DNA from: an uncultured Chloroflexia bacterium
GTDB lineage: Bacteria > Chloroflexota > UBA6077 > JACCZL01
Length of the DNA stretch: 64,000 nt
Reading direction: 5' to 3'
Assembly: GCA_963765765.1 (NCBI GenBank)
Contig: CAVXYC010000015.1
Span: 320,001-384,000 of the forward strand
The translations under genes and the position numbers were made by a program. Positions 8,673 through 20,133 of this stretch are shown piece after piece. Within the stretch, counting starts at the first letter, position 1. Every line of letters starts with the position of its first letter. The notes beneath the pieces are model-generated. The model searched no databases. It was given only the letters and a program-made list of their open reading frames with translations, and was not told the DNA's origin.

Positions 8673-11172
8673 TCAGTCCCGGCGGACTTTGAGGCGGTCG
8701 CCTAGCTCCGCGAATGTGGTTGCCCACTCCTGGGCGAGGGAGTCGCCGTTGGCGGCTTCCTCGTAGATAGTCGGCGCTGTTTGCTGGAGGACGCGGTAAT
8801 ACACGTTCTGCGCCTTCCAGACGTCGGCCTCAAACGGAAGCTGCTCGCCCAGCGCCACAAGGGCATTTAGACGGCCGAGTAGCTCTCGGTCGTCGGGCTG
8901 TTCGGAGAACGTTGTCGCCATTGTGTCCACGGCGCGTTTCATTGCGAATCGGAGGGAGACCGTGTCGAGCGAAAGCTGCCATTCTCTCGCGCGGGTCGTG
9001 AGCGCGTCAACGGCCTCCGAATCCAGCTCTTCCTGCTCCAGACATCGGCGCAGATCGGTATTTACGATGAGCTCCACGGCTGCGCGAAGCGGTTTGGGGA
9101 TTGGCGCACCCAGGCCCACCAGGAACCTGATGAGCGGCTCGTTGTGCTCTGCGATGCGGTGGTACTCGGTCTCTGTCTCGGACAGCGTCGTATCCAGAAT
9201 TCGATCCAGTACCTGGCGCTGCTCATCCCGGAAGAGCGATCGAAGTGAATACGCGCTCTCGCCAAAATGGCGATCGAAGACGCGTATGACCTCCGGAAGG
9301 TCTGCGCGCTCGAACGGCTCGGAGACCTCCTCGATGATCTTTTGATAGGACGCTTCGTTGGCGTACTCCACAACTCCCGCGCTGAGATTGTGATCGCCCA
9401 TATGCACCGCGCCAAAGGCAAAAAGCTCGGACTCCAGGCTGATGTGGGATGTGATTCGGGCCGATCCGACGCCCAGTGAGACACGGCCAGCCTCGCGGTG
9501 CTGAAAATCGACGAGCTCAGCATCGAACCCGTAGACCGTCGCCTGCTCCGGGTATTGTTGAAAGAGGGATCGCACCGCGTAGTGCGCTGCCACTTGCTTG
9601 AGATCCACTTTGGCCGGTCGAACAAATCGCTCGTAAATCTGTCGGCCGTTGCCCATCTCGGGGATATTGCTGCGAGCCCGCTCCAACATCGCGATGAATC
9701 GTCCCTCGAGGCTCTTTGAGGCAGCGGCCGCCCGCGTAGTCACAAATGGCGGCTCCAGAAGCTCGGCGAAGCGGGCATCGGAGTTGCTTGTAAAGATCTC
9801 ATCCGCAAGCTGAATCGCTCTCCCCGCGTACTGAATGACCTGAACCGGCTCAATTCCTGAGATCTCGTCAAAGAACCAGCCACAGCTCGTGTACATGAGC
9901 ATCGCGTGACGTTGGAGCTCCATGAGCTTCAGAACCGTGGTTGTCTCCGCTTTGTTTAAGCTGCGCTTCGCGTGGCGCATCAAAAAGTCGTCAATACAGT
10001 CAGATGACCGATCCATCATGACGCTGACGTAGTCGTCCCGGGCCGTCCAGGGATCGCGCAGATATTCGCTCGCGTGCTTCTCGAATTGCGGTCCCAGCGT
10101 GTCACGCAGCCAGTCCAGCGACTCGCGCAAGGGCCTTCGCCACTCCTGATTCCAGCCTGATTGTCCGCCGGTACTGCAGCCGCAGTTTGCCCGCCAGCGC
10201 TCTATACCGTGCGCGCAGCTCCAGGACGTGTTGTCGATGACCTCGGCTTCATAGGTCGGTGGGAACCGCTCCAGATACTCACCGTAGTTGGTGATTGTGG
10301 CAATGCCGTGGCTCTCGATGTATTCCAGCGCGTAGGCGAGCGCCATATCGCCGTGGGGATGGTGGTGGCCGTACGTCTCGCCGTCAGTAGCGATGTGGAC
10401 GAGCTGCGACCAATCACGGTTGTCGCTGAAACCAGTGCGCAGCCGTTGAGCAAAGACCTCGCCGCTACCGAGCAGGTTCTCGAAGGCCACCGCTTGAGAA
10501 ATCGGACCATCGTAGAAGAACACGGCGATGCTCTTGCCGCGCGGAAGCGCAACGCGATACGCACGGGTTGGGTCAACGCCGCCGGGCCCATGGTCTTCCC
10601 AGCTCTGCTTGCCGATTTGTCGCACGCGACCCGCTTGATACGGCGAGAGCACGGTGTATTTGATGCCATGCTCTGCCATGATCGAGAGGCTCTCGAGGTC
10701 GACGGCCGTTTCGGCCAGCCACATGCCCTCGGGCTTGCGTTTGAAACGATGCTCAAAGTCAGCAATGCCCCAGATGACCTGCGTCTCCTTGTCGCGGCGA
10801 TTTGCCAGGGGCAGGATCATGTGGTTATAGGCCTGGGCAATTGCGGATCCATGGCCGGAGAATCGCTCCTGGCTCTCCAGGTCCGCCTCAAGGATGGCTT
10901 GATAGACGTCCGGCGTCCTGTTCTTCCATCCAGCCCAGGAGCGTGGGGCCGATGTTGAAGCTGATGCGCGCATAGTTGTTGACTATTGAGGCGATGCGAC
11001 CATCGCCATCAAGTATGCGGGACGTCGCGTTGGGGCCATAGCACTCCGCGGTAATGCGCTCGTTCCAGTCGTGAAACGGGTACGCGGAATCTTGAAGCTC
11101 CACCGTTTCCAGCCAGGGATTCTCCCGTGGCGGCTGATAAAAGTGGCCGTGGATGCAAATAAATCGTTCCAT
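8673..11172 (-). CDS. Glycoside hydrolase family 57 protein with DUF3536 domain, frameshift near 10920
   Basis: MERFICIHGHFYQPPRENPW...SFNIGPTLL then AQAYNHMILPLAN, GMWLAE, ATDGETYGHH, SWSCAHG, YTSCGWFFD. Confidence 0.9.
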
Positions 11173-11303
11173 GATGATGACTTAGCGTTCCTGTCTAGAT
11201 GGGCCGAGCATGGGCCGGAATTCCAGTGCGCGCACCGGAGCACGTGTTCTTGGAGCAACGTCGTGCAGACGAAAAGAATTGCTCGGTTGAAGGGGCTACA
11301 CAG

Positions 11304-13256
11304 TTAAGTAGGCTCGTTGGCGACGGGTTTCAGGAATAGCGCTGCCAGAGGCGGCAATGTCAATAAAACTGAATGGGGCTGGCCATGTCGCGATTCGGAG
11401 CTGGCTTCAACAAAGCTCGCGTTCCCGAGGCCGCTTCCCCCGTAGATGTCGGCATCGCTGTTAAGGATCTCTCGCCAGGTGCCGGGCTGTGGAACCCCAA
11501 GCTGATAACCATGCCGCGGCACGGGTGTGAAATTGAACACCGCCACAACAACGTCTTCCGGACTTTCGCCAATGCGCATCCAGCTCAGTACGCTGTTGTT
11601 AATGTCGCCACCGTCGATCCAGGTGTAGCCGCCGGGCTCAAAATCACGTGCGTGCAGAGCGGTTGTCTCCTTGTACATGGCGTTCAGGTCCGTGAGCCAT
11701 TGCTGAACCCCTCGGTGCTGAGGGTACTCCAGCGCATGCCACTCTACGCTTGAATCGTGCCGCCATTCGCTCCACTGGCCAATCTCGTCGCCCATGAAGA
11801 GCAGCTTTTTGCCCGGTTGGCCATACATGTAGCCATAGAGCAGTCGAAGGTTGGCGAACTTTTGCCAGTCATCGCCGGGCATCTTGCTGAAGAGCGAGCC
11901 TTTGCCGTGGACCACCTCATCGTGTGATAGCGGTAGAACAAAGTTCTCTTGAAAGGCGTACACCATACGGAAAGTGATCTCGTTGTGGTGATACTGGCGA
12001 TAGATGGGCGCACGCGACATGTACTCGAGTGTGTCGTGCATCCAGCCCATGTCCCACTTCATACCGAAGCCCAGTCCGCCGGCATACGTGGGCCGTGACA
12101 CCATGGGCCAGGAGGTTGACTCCTCAGCCATGGTCTGCACATCCGGGAAGGTGCCGTAAACCTCTTCGTTGAGCCGGCGAAGAAAGGAGATCGCCTCGAG
12201 GTTCTCTCGTCCGCCGAACTCGTTGGGGATCCACTCGCCTTCTTTACGGGAGTAGTCGAGATAGAGCATGGAGGCCACGGCATCTACGCGCAGTCCGTCC
12301 GCATGGTACCGATCCAGCCAATAGAGCGCACTGCTCAACAAGAACGATCGCACCTCATTGCGACCATAATTGAAGATCAGGCTCTTCCAGTCCGGGTGGA
12401 AGCCTTTACGCTGGTCTTCATGCTCGTACAGATGTGTCCCGTCGAAATAGCCCAGGCCGTGTTCATCGGACGGAAAGTGCGATGGCACCCAGTCCAGTAT
12501 GACTCCGATCCCTCGTTGATGAAGACCATCGACCAGAGTCATGAAATCCTGGGGCGTTCCAAAGCGGCTTGATGGGGCAAAGTAGCCGGTGGTCTGATAG
12601 CCCCACGAGCCAAAGAATGGGTGCTCCATCACGGGCATAAGCTCCACGTGCGTGAAGCCGAGCTGCTCAACATAATCCGCGAGCTTTGTCGCCAGCTCCG
12701 CATAGTTGAGCGACCGGTTGCCATCATCGGGCACGCGCATCCACGATCCGAGATGCACTTCGTAGATGCTCATTGGAGCGCGGCCGCTATTGTGCTTGCC
12801 ACGCGATGACATCCAGTCGGTATCACGCCAGTCATAGGCTAGGTCCCAGACCACGGAGCCCGTTCGCGGCGGCATCTCGTGATACACGCCAAACGGATCA
12901 GCCTTCTCCACCCGGTAAGCCCTGTTTCGGGATGCCACGAAGTACTTGTAGATGGTGCCGGGCTGGATGTCCGGGATGAAGCCCTCCCAGATTCCGGATG
13001 ACCCGCGTGGACGTAACTCATGGCTGGTCCGATTCCAGCCATTGAAGTCGCCCATGACGTTGACGGCCTCGGCGTTCGGCGCCCACACCGCGAAATACAC
13101 GCCTTCAACCCCATCAACCGTGACGGGATGTGCCCCCAGGCGCTCATAGAGTCGTGAATGGTTGCCCTCATTGAACAGGTGCAGATCCACTTCACCGAGG
13201 AGGCTCGGAGACTTCCCGCTCAGTACTGGCTTGGTGCTATTTGTGCCTTGAGTCAC
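11304..13256 (-). CDS. glgB: 1,4-alpha-glucan branching enzyme
   Basis: FAVWAPNA, IYEVHLGSW, SWGYQTTGYFAP, GLRVDAVASMLYLDYSR, AEEST, LSHDEVVHGK. Confidence 0.97.
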   Translation of the reverse strand: MTQGTNSTKPVLSGKSPSLLGEVDLHLFNEGNHSRLYERLGAHPVTVDGVEGVYFAVWAPNAEAVNVMGDFNGWNRTSHELRPRGSSGIWEGFIPDIQPGTIYKYFVASRNRAYRVEKADPFGVYHEMPPRTGSVVWDLAYDWRDTDWMSSRGKHNSGRAPMSIYEVHLGSWMRVPDDGNRSLNYAELATKLADYVEQLGFTHVELMPVMEHPFFGSWGYQTTGYFAPSSRFGTPQDFMTLVDGLHQRGIGVILDWVPSHFPSDEHGLGYFDGTHLYEHEDQRKGFHPDWKSLIFNYGRNEVRSFLLSSALYWLDRYHADGLRVDAVASMLYLDYSRKEGEWIPNEFGGRENLEAISFLRRLNEEVYGTFPDVQTMAEESTSWPMVSRPTYAGGLGFGMKWDMGWMHDTLEYMSRAPIYRQYHHNEITFRMVYAFQENFVLPLSHDEVVHGKGSLFSKMPGDDWQKFANLRLLYGYMYGQPGKKLLFMGDEIGQWSEWRHDSSVEWHALEYPQHRGVQQWLTDLNAMYKETTALHARDFEPGGYTWIDGGDINNSVLSWMRIGESPEDVVVAVFNFTPVPRHGYQLGVPQPGTWREILNSDADIYGGSGLGNASFVEASSESRHGQPHSVLLTLPPLAALFLKPVANEPT

Positions 13257-15370
13257 GATGTTCCCGTCTGACGCGCTCGATGAATCATGTTGAGCGTACC
13301 GAGTACGTCCTGATTCGATTTGAACTCTTCCATGGAATAGCGGGCTTTACGCCGCCAGTTCTCCCAATCATCGCCCGTACCGGGGACGTTCTGTGGCTCA
13401 CGCTCGAGCCAGAGATCCTCTAGCGTGACCATCAAGACCTGCGCAGGGCCGGCGGCGAGTCGCTCCAGTATGCCCTGAAGCGCCACCATCGCTGAGTCGG
13501 CGCCTTCAAGAACCTGCGCTTTGCCCAGAAATCTGAGGAGCGCCTGCTCGAGATGGGCCCGCTCTTCGCGTCGTTCTCTAAAATCATCATCGTCTATGAG
13601 CTCGAGCCGGCGCATAATTTCGATGTCCAGCCCATCCCAGAAGCCGCCGAAAAGCACCGTATCATGAGTATTCACGCTGGCCATTGAAGTCGCCGGCGCG
13701 GGCGGTAAAGCCTTCTCAACTGGGGATGACATTTCAAATTGCGCTACATACATGCGCAGGAAGTCATGTTCTGTCATGGCGGCCCGGACCGACTCCGGTA
13801 CGGTCCCGAGATCTTCCCCAACAATCGGGCACTGGAAGCGACGCGACTCTAGAGCAAGAATCGCGTACATCTCGTCAGGCGCGAATCGAACGTAGACACC
13901 ATCTTGAGCGCCCATGCCTTGCGGGATCCAGAACAGGCGCATGAGACCCATGACGTGATCGATGCGCAATGCACCCGCAAAGCGCAGGTGATTGCGTATT
14001 GCGTCGATGAAGTAGCTGTATCCCTGGTCGCGGATGGCCTGAGGCTGCATGGGCGGAAAGCCCCAGTTCTGTCCGCCGGTAAAGAACATATCGGGTGGCG
14101 CCCCCACCGATATGCCGTTTGCAAACGAGGCTCGCTCGCGCCACGTGTCGTACGAGTCGGGATGCACCCCCAGTGGAAAATCGAGGTACAGCCTGGCTCC
14201 CACTTCGCGGGAGCGGTCAGCCAGCCGATTGATCTGCTGGAAGAGCTGCCATTGCGCGTACAGATGGTAGCGTTGCCGAGCGGGGTCGAAGTCGCTTACC
14301 TCGATCCGCCCGTCGCGGGGGCCGTCCGGCCAGACGATCCAGCCGGATCGCTGTCGTTCTTGAACAGCGCGGAATTGGGCGTAGTCGTTCGCTCGAGGCT
14401 GTCTGGCAAGAAACGCTTGGAAGCCCGAATCGCGTTCTCCGCCTCGCTCGAAGAAGCACGCTGAAAGCGGCTCGAGCACTGCGCGCTGACCCTCAGACCA
14501 CGCCCGATAGTCGACGTGATTGACGTGGTTTTGCGAAGACAACCGGGGCTGGTTGGCTAGCAGCGACTGCGCGGCCGGGCAGCTCGCCAGCTCGGGAATC
14601 TGCTCGAGGTCCAGGAAGAGCTCGTTCCAGAACAGTCGCGAGGCTGGTGAATACGGGCTCGGATCGAACGGCTCATCCAGAAACGTGGCCAGCAGCGGCA
14701 GGGTGCCTACCAGCGACCCGCCCATTCTGGCGGTCCACGAAGTGAATTCTTCGAGATCGCTGAGCGTGCCACCCCATCGGCTATGCCGCGAGCGGAGCGC
14801 GTGGAGCGGCATGAAGACGCCCCATCGACGCGCCTGATCGCTATCAGCGGCGTATGTCCATGCCGTCTTCGGCGCGCTGATGATACGTGACTCATCGCGG
14901 CGTCCGTCGATTTCGACGCTGAACCGGTGGTAACCCATCGGCATGTCCTGGAGCTGACCTAGCTCTTTGACGAGATACAGCGCACCGTCAACTTCCGCGG
15001 TTTCAATCGTTGTCAGATCGGAGAGCGTGACGCTCCAGGGGTGTTGGCTGCCGTTCTCGAGCCGGAGCACGCAGGCACACCGCGATCGCTCGAGACTGGC
15101 CGGGATTCGAAGGGTGGTGCTGGATGAGCGACCGCCCCAGGCGATCAGCACGGGCTCCAGGCGGCGCGACCAGCGATCGATCTGTCGCTCCCGCAGTGCG
15201 CTGGGCGCGTCGGCGGGCGAGCCCAGAGGCGCGCCAAGTGATTGCAGCACCTTGATGAGCGCATCATCGGGCGCTGAACGCTCAGCGCCCCAGATATCGC
15301 GGTAGGTTGTGTCGATCCCGTAAGTCGTAGCGAGCGCGGCGAGCCCGGGATCGTTTGCAGATGTTCTCAT
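13253..15370 (-). CDS. malQ: 4-alpha-glucanotransferase (amylomaltase, GH77)
   Basis: PSPYSPASR, LYLDFPLG, GAPPD..GQNWG, LRIDHVMG, VGEDLG, NTHD, QNVPGT..NWRRK. Start placed at ATG 15370 (ORF track extends to 15523). Confidence 0.93.
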   Translation of the reverse strand: MRTSANDPGLAALATTYGIDTTYRDIWGAERSAPDDALIKVLQSLGAPLGSPADAPSALRERQIDRWSRRLEPVLIAWGGRSSSTTLRIPASLERSRCACVLRLENGSQHPWSVTLSDLTTIETAEVDGALYLVKELGQLQDMPMGYHRFSVEIDGRRDESRIISAPKTAWTYAADSDQARRWGVFMPLHALRSRHSRWGGTLSDLEEFTSWTARMGGSLVGTLPLLATFLDEPFDPSPYSPASRLFWNELFLDLEQIPELASCPAAQSLLANQPRLSSQNHVNHVDYRAWSEGQRAVLEPLSACFFERGGERDSGFQAFLARQPRANDYAQFRAVQERQRSGWIVWPDGPRDGRIEVSDFDPARQRYHLYAQWQLFQQINRLADRSREVGARLYLDFPLGVHPDSYDTWRERASFANGISVGAPPDMFFTGGQNWGFPPMQPQAIRDQGYSYFIDAIRNHLRFAGALRIDHVMGLMRLFWIPQGMGAQDGVYVRFAPDEMYAILALESRRFQCPIVGEDLGTVPESVRAAMTEHDFLRMYVAQFEMSSPVEKALPPAPATSMASVNTHDTVLFGGFWDGLDIEIMRRLELIDDDDFRERREERAHLEQALLRFLGKAQVLEGADSAMVALQGILERLAAGPAQVLMVTLEDLWLEREPQNVPGTGDDWENWRRKARYSMEEFKSNQDVLGTLNMIHRARQTGTS

Positions 15371-15535
15371 CAAGGGTGGCTCAGCGTTCCAATTTGGCCC
15401 GGCAAGAAACGAGAGCGGCTTCATCGGTCTCAGGAGACCTATGAAGCGCGGTGGATTGTGCCCCGCGAAATTCTGCTGTTCGAGCGTGCAGACGAGGCCG
15501 AGGAGTGCGGTTCCGCGGGGCACAAGACCACCGCG

Positions 15536-17533
15536 CTACGGGCCCTCCGCGGCGCTTTGCCGCACATGCAGAATGTGCGCCGGAGTGACGGCGGGATCCA
15601 GCTCGACATAATTGCGGGATCCGTGCCAGGCGTATGTGTCGCCGGAGAGCAGGTCGGTTACCGAGAACCCTGCGCTGGACGAAAGTCCAAGCGCATTGAG
15701 ATCGAGGTCGAGCCAACCTGCCTGCTTGTAGGTCGGATCGAGATTGACCACCATAAGGATGACGTCGTCGTCGGATGATTTCGAGTAGGTGAGAAACTGC
15801 TCGTTGTCGGAGTTGTGGAATCGCAGGGTATCGTTGGATTGAAGCGCCGGATGTGCTCGGCGAATCGCGTTGACCTGACGGATGAGCGGCGCCAGGCTCC
15901 TGGGATCGTTCAAGTTCCAGTGACGAATCTCATACTTCTCGGAGCTCAGATACTCTTCTCGCCCTGCTTCCAGCGGCAGATGCTCCTGAAGCTCGAAGGC
16001 AGGTCCATAAATCCCATAGCTCGCTCCTAATGTGGCTGCCAGGACAAAGCGCGAGGCGAACACGGAGCGCTCCCCAGTCTGAAGCTGCCCGGTCAGAATG
16101 TCCGGGGTGTTGGGCCAGAAATTAGGGCGGAAGTATTGAGCTACGCCCGTCTGGGTGAGCTCCGTCAAATACTCGGTCAGCTCATATCGGCCGAACCGCC
16201 AGGCGAAGTACGTATAGGACTGGGTGAATCCTAGCTTTGCCAGGCGATACATGACTTTTGGACGAGTGAATGCTTCGGATAGAAAGATTACATCGGGACA
16301 CTCGCGCTTTACTTCCGCGATGACCCATTCCCAGAAGGGGAACGCCTTGGTATGAGGATTGTCCACGCGGAAGATGCTGATTCCCTGCTTGACCCAGTAG
16401 AGCAAGACGTCGCGGAGCTCGGTCCACAGTCCGGCCCAATTTTCTGACTCGAAGTCGAACGGGTAGATATCCTGGTACTTCTTCGGCGGATTCTCGGCGT
16501 ACTGGATCGTGCCGTCTGGCCGACTTCGAAACCACTCCGGATGCTGGCGGACGTAGGGATGATCGGGAGAGCACTGGAACGCCATATCGAGCGCGATCTC
16601 TACGCCGAGCTCACGAGCTGACGCGATCAGGCGTTTGAATTCGTCCAGATCTCCGAGCTGGGGATGGATCGCGGTGTGGCCACCTTGCTCTGAGCCGATG
16701 CCCCAGGGACTGCCAGGATCGGTTGGGGCGGCCGTGGTGTTGTTGTTCTTGCCCTTGCGGTGCGCCAGCCCGATGGGATGGATCGGCGGCAGGTAGAGCA
16801 CGTCGAATCCCAGAGACGCGACATACGGCAGCCGCGCTTCTACGTCCTTAAACGTACCGTGCTTTCCAGGCTCTGTTGCCGTGGAGCGGGGGAACAGCTC
16901 GTACCAGGTGCTGAATCGAGCTCGTTCGCGATCGACGCTGACGCGGAGCTCGCGAGTGTGGGTGGTGGAATCGCACAGCTTCGGATACTGACTCATCTGC
17001 GCGTATAGCTCGGGACTCAGCGCCGTTGTAGCGGCCGCTCTACCGCCCTTAGCGACGCGATCGGCGAATCGACGCAGCTTTGTCGCATCCACGTCAGATG
17101 CGCGAGACGCCGCATCCTCGATGAGACTGGCGCCAATTTGAAGATCGACCGTGAGATCCTGTCGCGCCTCAAGTCGTTTGGCAAGGTCATGCGACCACGT
17201 TCCGAACGTGTCGATCCAGCCACGCACGGTATAGACGTAGTCTTCGGGGCGATCGATCTCGAACGAGCCGCGCCAGCGGTCGTTGCCCATCGCCGGCATG
17301 CGCGCCTCGCACCATTCAGTCTGGCTGACCGGGCGAAAGAGCACCGCGGCGGCGACCTCGTCGTGACCATCCGCGAAGACGTCGGCTTCAACTGTCACCC
17401 GTTCGCCGGCGGTTCGCTTTATCGGGAATCTGCCCGCGTCGATCTCAGGATGCACCGCCTCGATGGCGACGCGCTTGCGTCCATCGAGAAGCGATTTAGC
17501 CTTTCGGCGACTGGAAGTGCGATTGACGGCCAT
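15536..17533 (-). CDS. glgE: Alpha-1,4-glucan:maltose-1-phosphate maltosyltransferase
   Basis: WYELFPRS, YLPPIHPIG, QCSPDHP, YAENPPKKYQDIYP, FRVDNPHTK, EAFTRP, NTPDIL. Confidence 0.97.
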   Translation of the reverse strand: MAVNRTSSRRKAKSLLDGRKRVAIEAVHPEIDAGRFPIKRTAGERVTVEADVFADGHDEVAAAVLFRPVSQTEWCEARMPAMGNDRWRGSFEIDRPEDYVYTVRGWIDTFGTWSHDLAKRLEARQDLTVDLQIGASLIEDAASRASDVDATKLRRFADRVAKGGRAAATTALSPELYAQMSQYPKLCDSTTHTRELRVSVDRERARFSTWYELFPRSTATEPGKHGTFKDVEARLPYVASLGFDVLYLPPIHPIGLAHRKGKNNNTTAAPTDPGSPWGIGSEQGGHTAIHPQLGDLDEFKRLIASARELGVEIALDMAFQCSPDHPYVRQHPEWFRSRPDGTIQYAENPPKKYQDIYPFDFESENWAGLWTELRDVLLYWVKQGISIFRVDNPHTKAFPFWEWVIAEVKRECPDVIFLSEAFTRPKVMYRLAKLGFTQSYTYFAWRFGRYELTEYLTELTQTGVAQYFRPNFWPNTPDILTGQLQTGERSVFASRFVLAATLGASYGIYGPAFELQEHLPLEAGREEYLSSEKYEIRHWNLNDPRSLAPLIRQVNAIRRAHPALQSNDTLRFHNSDNEQFLTYSKSSDDDVILMVVNLDPTYKQAGWLDLDLNALGLSSSAGFSVTDLLSGDTYAWHGSRNYVELDPAVTPAHILHVRQSAAEGP

Positions 17534-17667
17534 AGATCAAATCATACCGAAGGGAATTTGTCAGGACTGCCGTGAAATGAGCGCCCGTCGTTGACTCGAT
17601 TGCCACTACGTCTCAGCACCTAGATTAGGTATCGACACTCTGGAGTCGCGGATTCAAGTAGTTCCGT

Positions 17668-19912
17668 TCACGTTTGCTGGTGGAGCGCCTCGTGAACGCG
17701 CTCGGCAGAAACGGGGAGCGTATAAACTCGTGCGCCACAGGCACGGGCGACCGCATTGGCGACCGCGGCAGGTATCGGAACGTTGCTCAGCTCCGCCACC
17801 GCCTTGGCTTCGTATGGACCGGGGCCGGTCGAGCCTTCTACGAACACGCTCACCAGCTCCGGCAGGTCTGTAGTAACGGGCAGCTTGTAATCGCCAAGAT
17901 GGCTTGCGGTGGGGCGACCATCCTCGCGGGCGAGGTCTTCCATCAATGCGTGCCCCAGTCCTTGAATCGTGGCTCCGTCGATCTGCGCCTGGAGCAGTGA
18001 CGGATTGATCGCGGTCCCCACGTCATGCACCGCGGTGATCTTGAGTGGCGTGACGCGACCGGTCTCCGGATCCACTTCGACATCCACCGCGTAGGCCACG
18101 ATACACGACTCGGATGCTTTTTGATCTCGGGTGGGCCCGCCAGATGTGCCTTCCAACGTGCCACCGGCTCGGTTCGCGGCATCCGACGCGACATCCTGTA
18201 CAGGTACATTGAGCCCGGCGTGACCACGCACCTGGAACGCCTGTCCAACGAGCTCCAGGTCTTCCGTTGAGCATTCCAGCCTCTCCGCCGCGATGGGGCG
18301 AAGCTGGTTCATGATCTTGCCAGAGGCTTCTACCGAAGCAACCGTGAGACTGTAGGTATGCTTGCTACCGCCCATTCCCGCGTCGGGTGGAGCGTCGTTC
18401 GTGTTACCACCGATGACTGTTACAGCTTCGAGGGGCAGATGCAGCTCCTCAGCAAGCACCTGGCGCATCACCGTGAGTGCGCCGGTGCCGCAATCGACGA
18501 TACCGGACAACGCGGTCGCCGAACCGTCATCGTGGACGGTGATGACCAGGCCGCTTTCGCCAGCGCCAATGCCGCGCTCGCTGACGGCCATACCCCTGCC
18601 CTGGTTTGGTCCCATGGGCGAATCCCATCCGGATACGTCCCGAAGCCGCTCAAGAGTCTCGCGGGTCATGACGCCTTCAAACGTGCCGTTGTGGGGCCAG
18701 ACGTCCTCAGTGCGAATCGCATTCTTGATGCGGAGATCGAGCGGGTCCATTCCTAACGCCTCTGCGATGAGGTCGATCTGCGACTCGCCGGCAAACACGA
18801 CTTGTGGCTGAGCGGGCGCTCGGGCCACCCCGCCGGGGGTGTTGTTGGTGTAAACGAACTCAGCAGTGATCCGAGTATTAGGGATTCTGTAGGGGCCCAA
18901 TGCTCGCGCCACGGATGGAAGGATGACCTGCGGGGTGGGCTTGTATGCACCGTAAGCGCCGCCATCCATGATGATTCGCGCCGATCGAGCGACGATCGTC
19001 CCATCGCGGTTGACACCCGTCTTCACGGTGGTGACCGATGCGTGCCGCGGCCCTCCTGCTAGCAGCTCTTCCGATGAAGTCGGCACGTATTTCACTGGCC
19101 GGTCTGTGGCCCGGGCGAGGGCGTGGAGCGCACGGCTCCAGGCCCACACTCCCCTTGGCGCCAAACGAGCCTCCAACCGGCGTGGACTCAACGATGACCT
19201 CATCAGTAGTTAAGCCCAGCAGCTTCGCCAGAAGATTGCGCAGACCGTACGGTGACTGACAGCTACTCCAGACGTGCACCGTGCCATCGGTCGCCACATT
19301 GACCATGCAGGCGCGCGGCTCGATGTACCCCTGGTGCATAGTGGACGTGCGAAAGGTATGCTCGAAGACGAGCTCCGCCTCAGCGAAGCCTTCCTCAACG
19401 TCACCCTTTTTGATGTTCGTGAAGCCTTGAAGGTTGGGCGTGTCTGGCAGCTCGGGGGCGCCCGCGTAGCTGGAGCGATCGGGATGGAGAATCTCGGCGG
19501 ATTCGCTCATCGCGGATTCAACGTCGAACACCGACGGGAGCTCTTCGAGGTCGACCCGGATGAGGCCGAGCGCTGCTTCAGCGGAATCGGCATCCTGAGC
19601 GGCAATGACGGCAATAGGCTCGCCGACAAATCGGATGCGATCGGTGGCGAGAACTGGCATATCCCGAATGGCTGCACCGGTGCACAAGCCGCCGAGATCC
19701 TTGCCGGTCACCACGGCTTCCACGCCTGCCAGCGCCAGCGCCGCCGAAGTATCAATTCCTTTGATGACCGCGTGCGGAACGGTGCTTCGCAGGACGCGCG
19801 CGCTAAGCACGCCGGGCAGTGTCACGTCTACCGTGTAGCGGGCTCCGCCGGTGACCTTGGGCCGTCCTTCGATGCGTGGAACACTCGTCCCAACGACGCT
19901 CAATGTTGGCAT
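17668..19912 (-). CDS. Xanthine dehydrogenase family molybdopterin-binding subunit, frameshift near 19130
   Basis: KVTGGARY, STVPHA, YIEPRA, GGSFGAK in ORF 18878..19912; RAPAQPQ, VEVDPETG, HDVGTAINP, GPYEAKAVAE in ORF 17668..19203. Confidence 0.9.
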
Positions 19913-20133
19913 GCTGATTCACCCCTCCGTCGTGCGCTTCCTGACCTTCGATTCTTGGTGTCCGGAATCACACCCATCAACGCGAAGATTGTCTCATAAT
20001 GGGCACCGTGAGAGTGACGAGCGAGATTCATTGTGCTTATTGACCATGGTCGGACTAAGCGCGGGATAGATAGCATGAATTGCGTGGATCTCGGCATGTG
20101 CTGGCTATTTCCCATGGTCACGGGGTGTAAATA

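Noticed and set aside
15371-15523. N-terminal extension of malQ in the ORF track
   Set aside because: No MalQ-like sequence before MRTSANDP; likely intergenic.
20040-20120. TGACCATGG inverted pair between the Mo-subunit gene and the ABC operon as an operator
   Set aside because: Only 9 bp around a palindromic core with ~60 bp separation; insufficient support.
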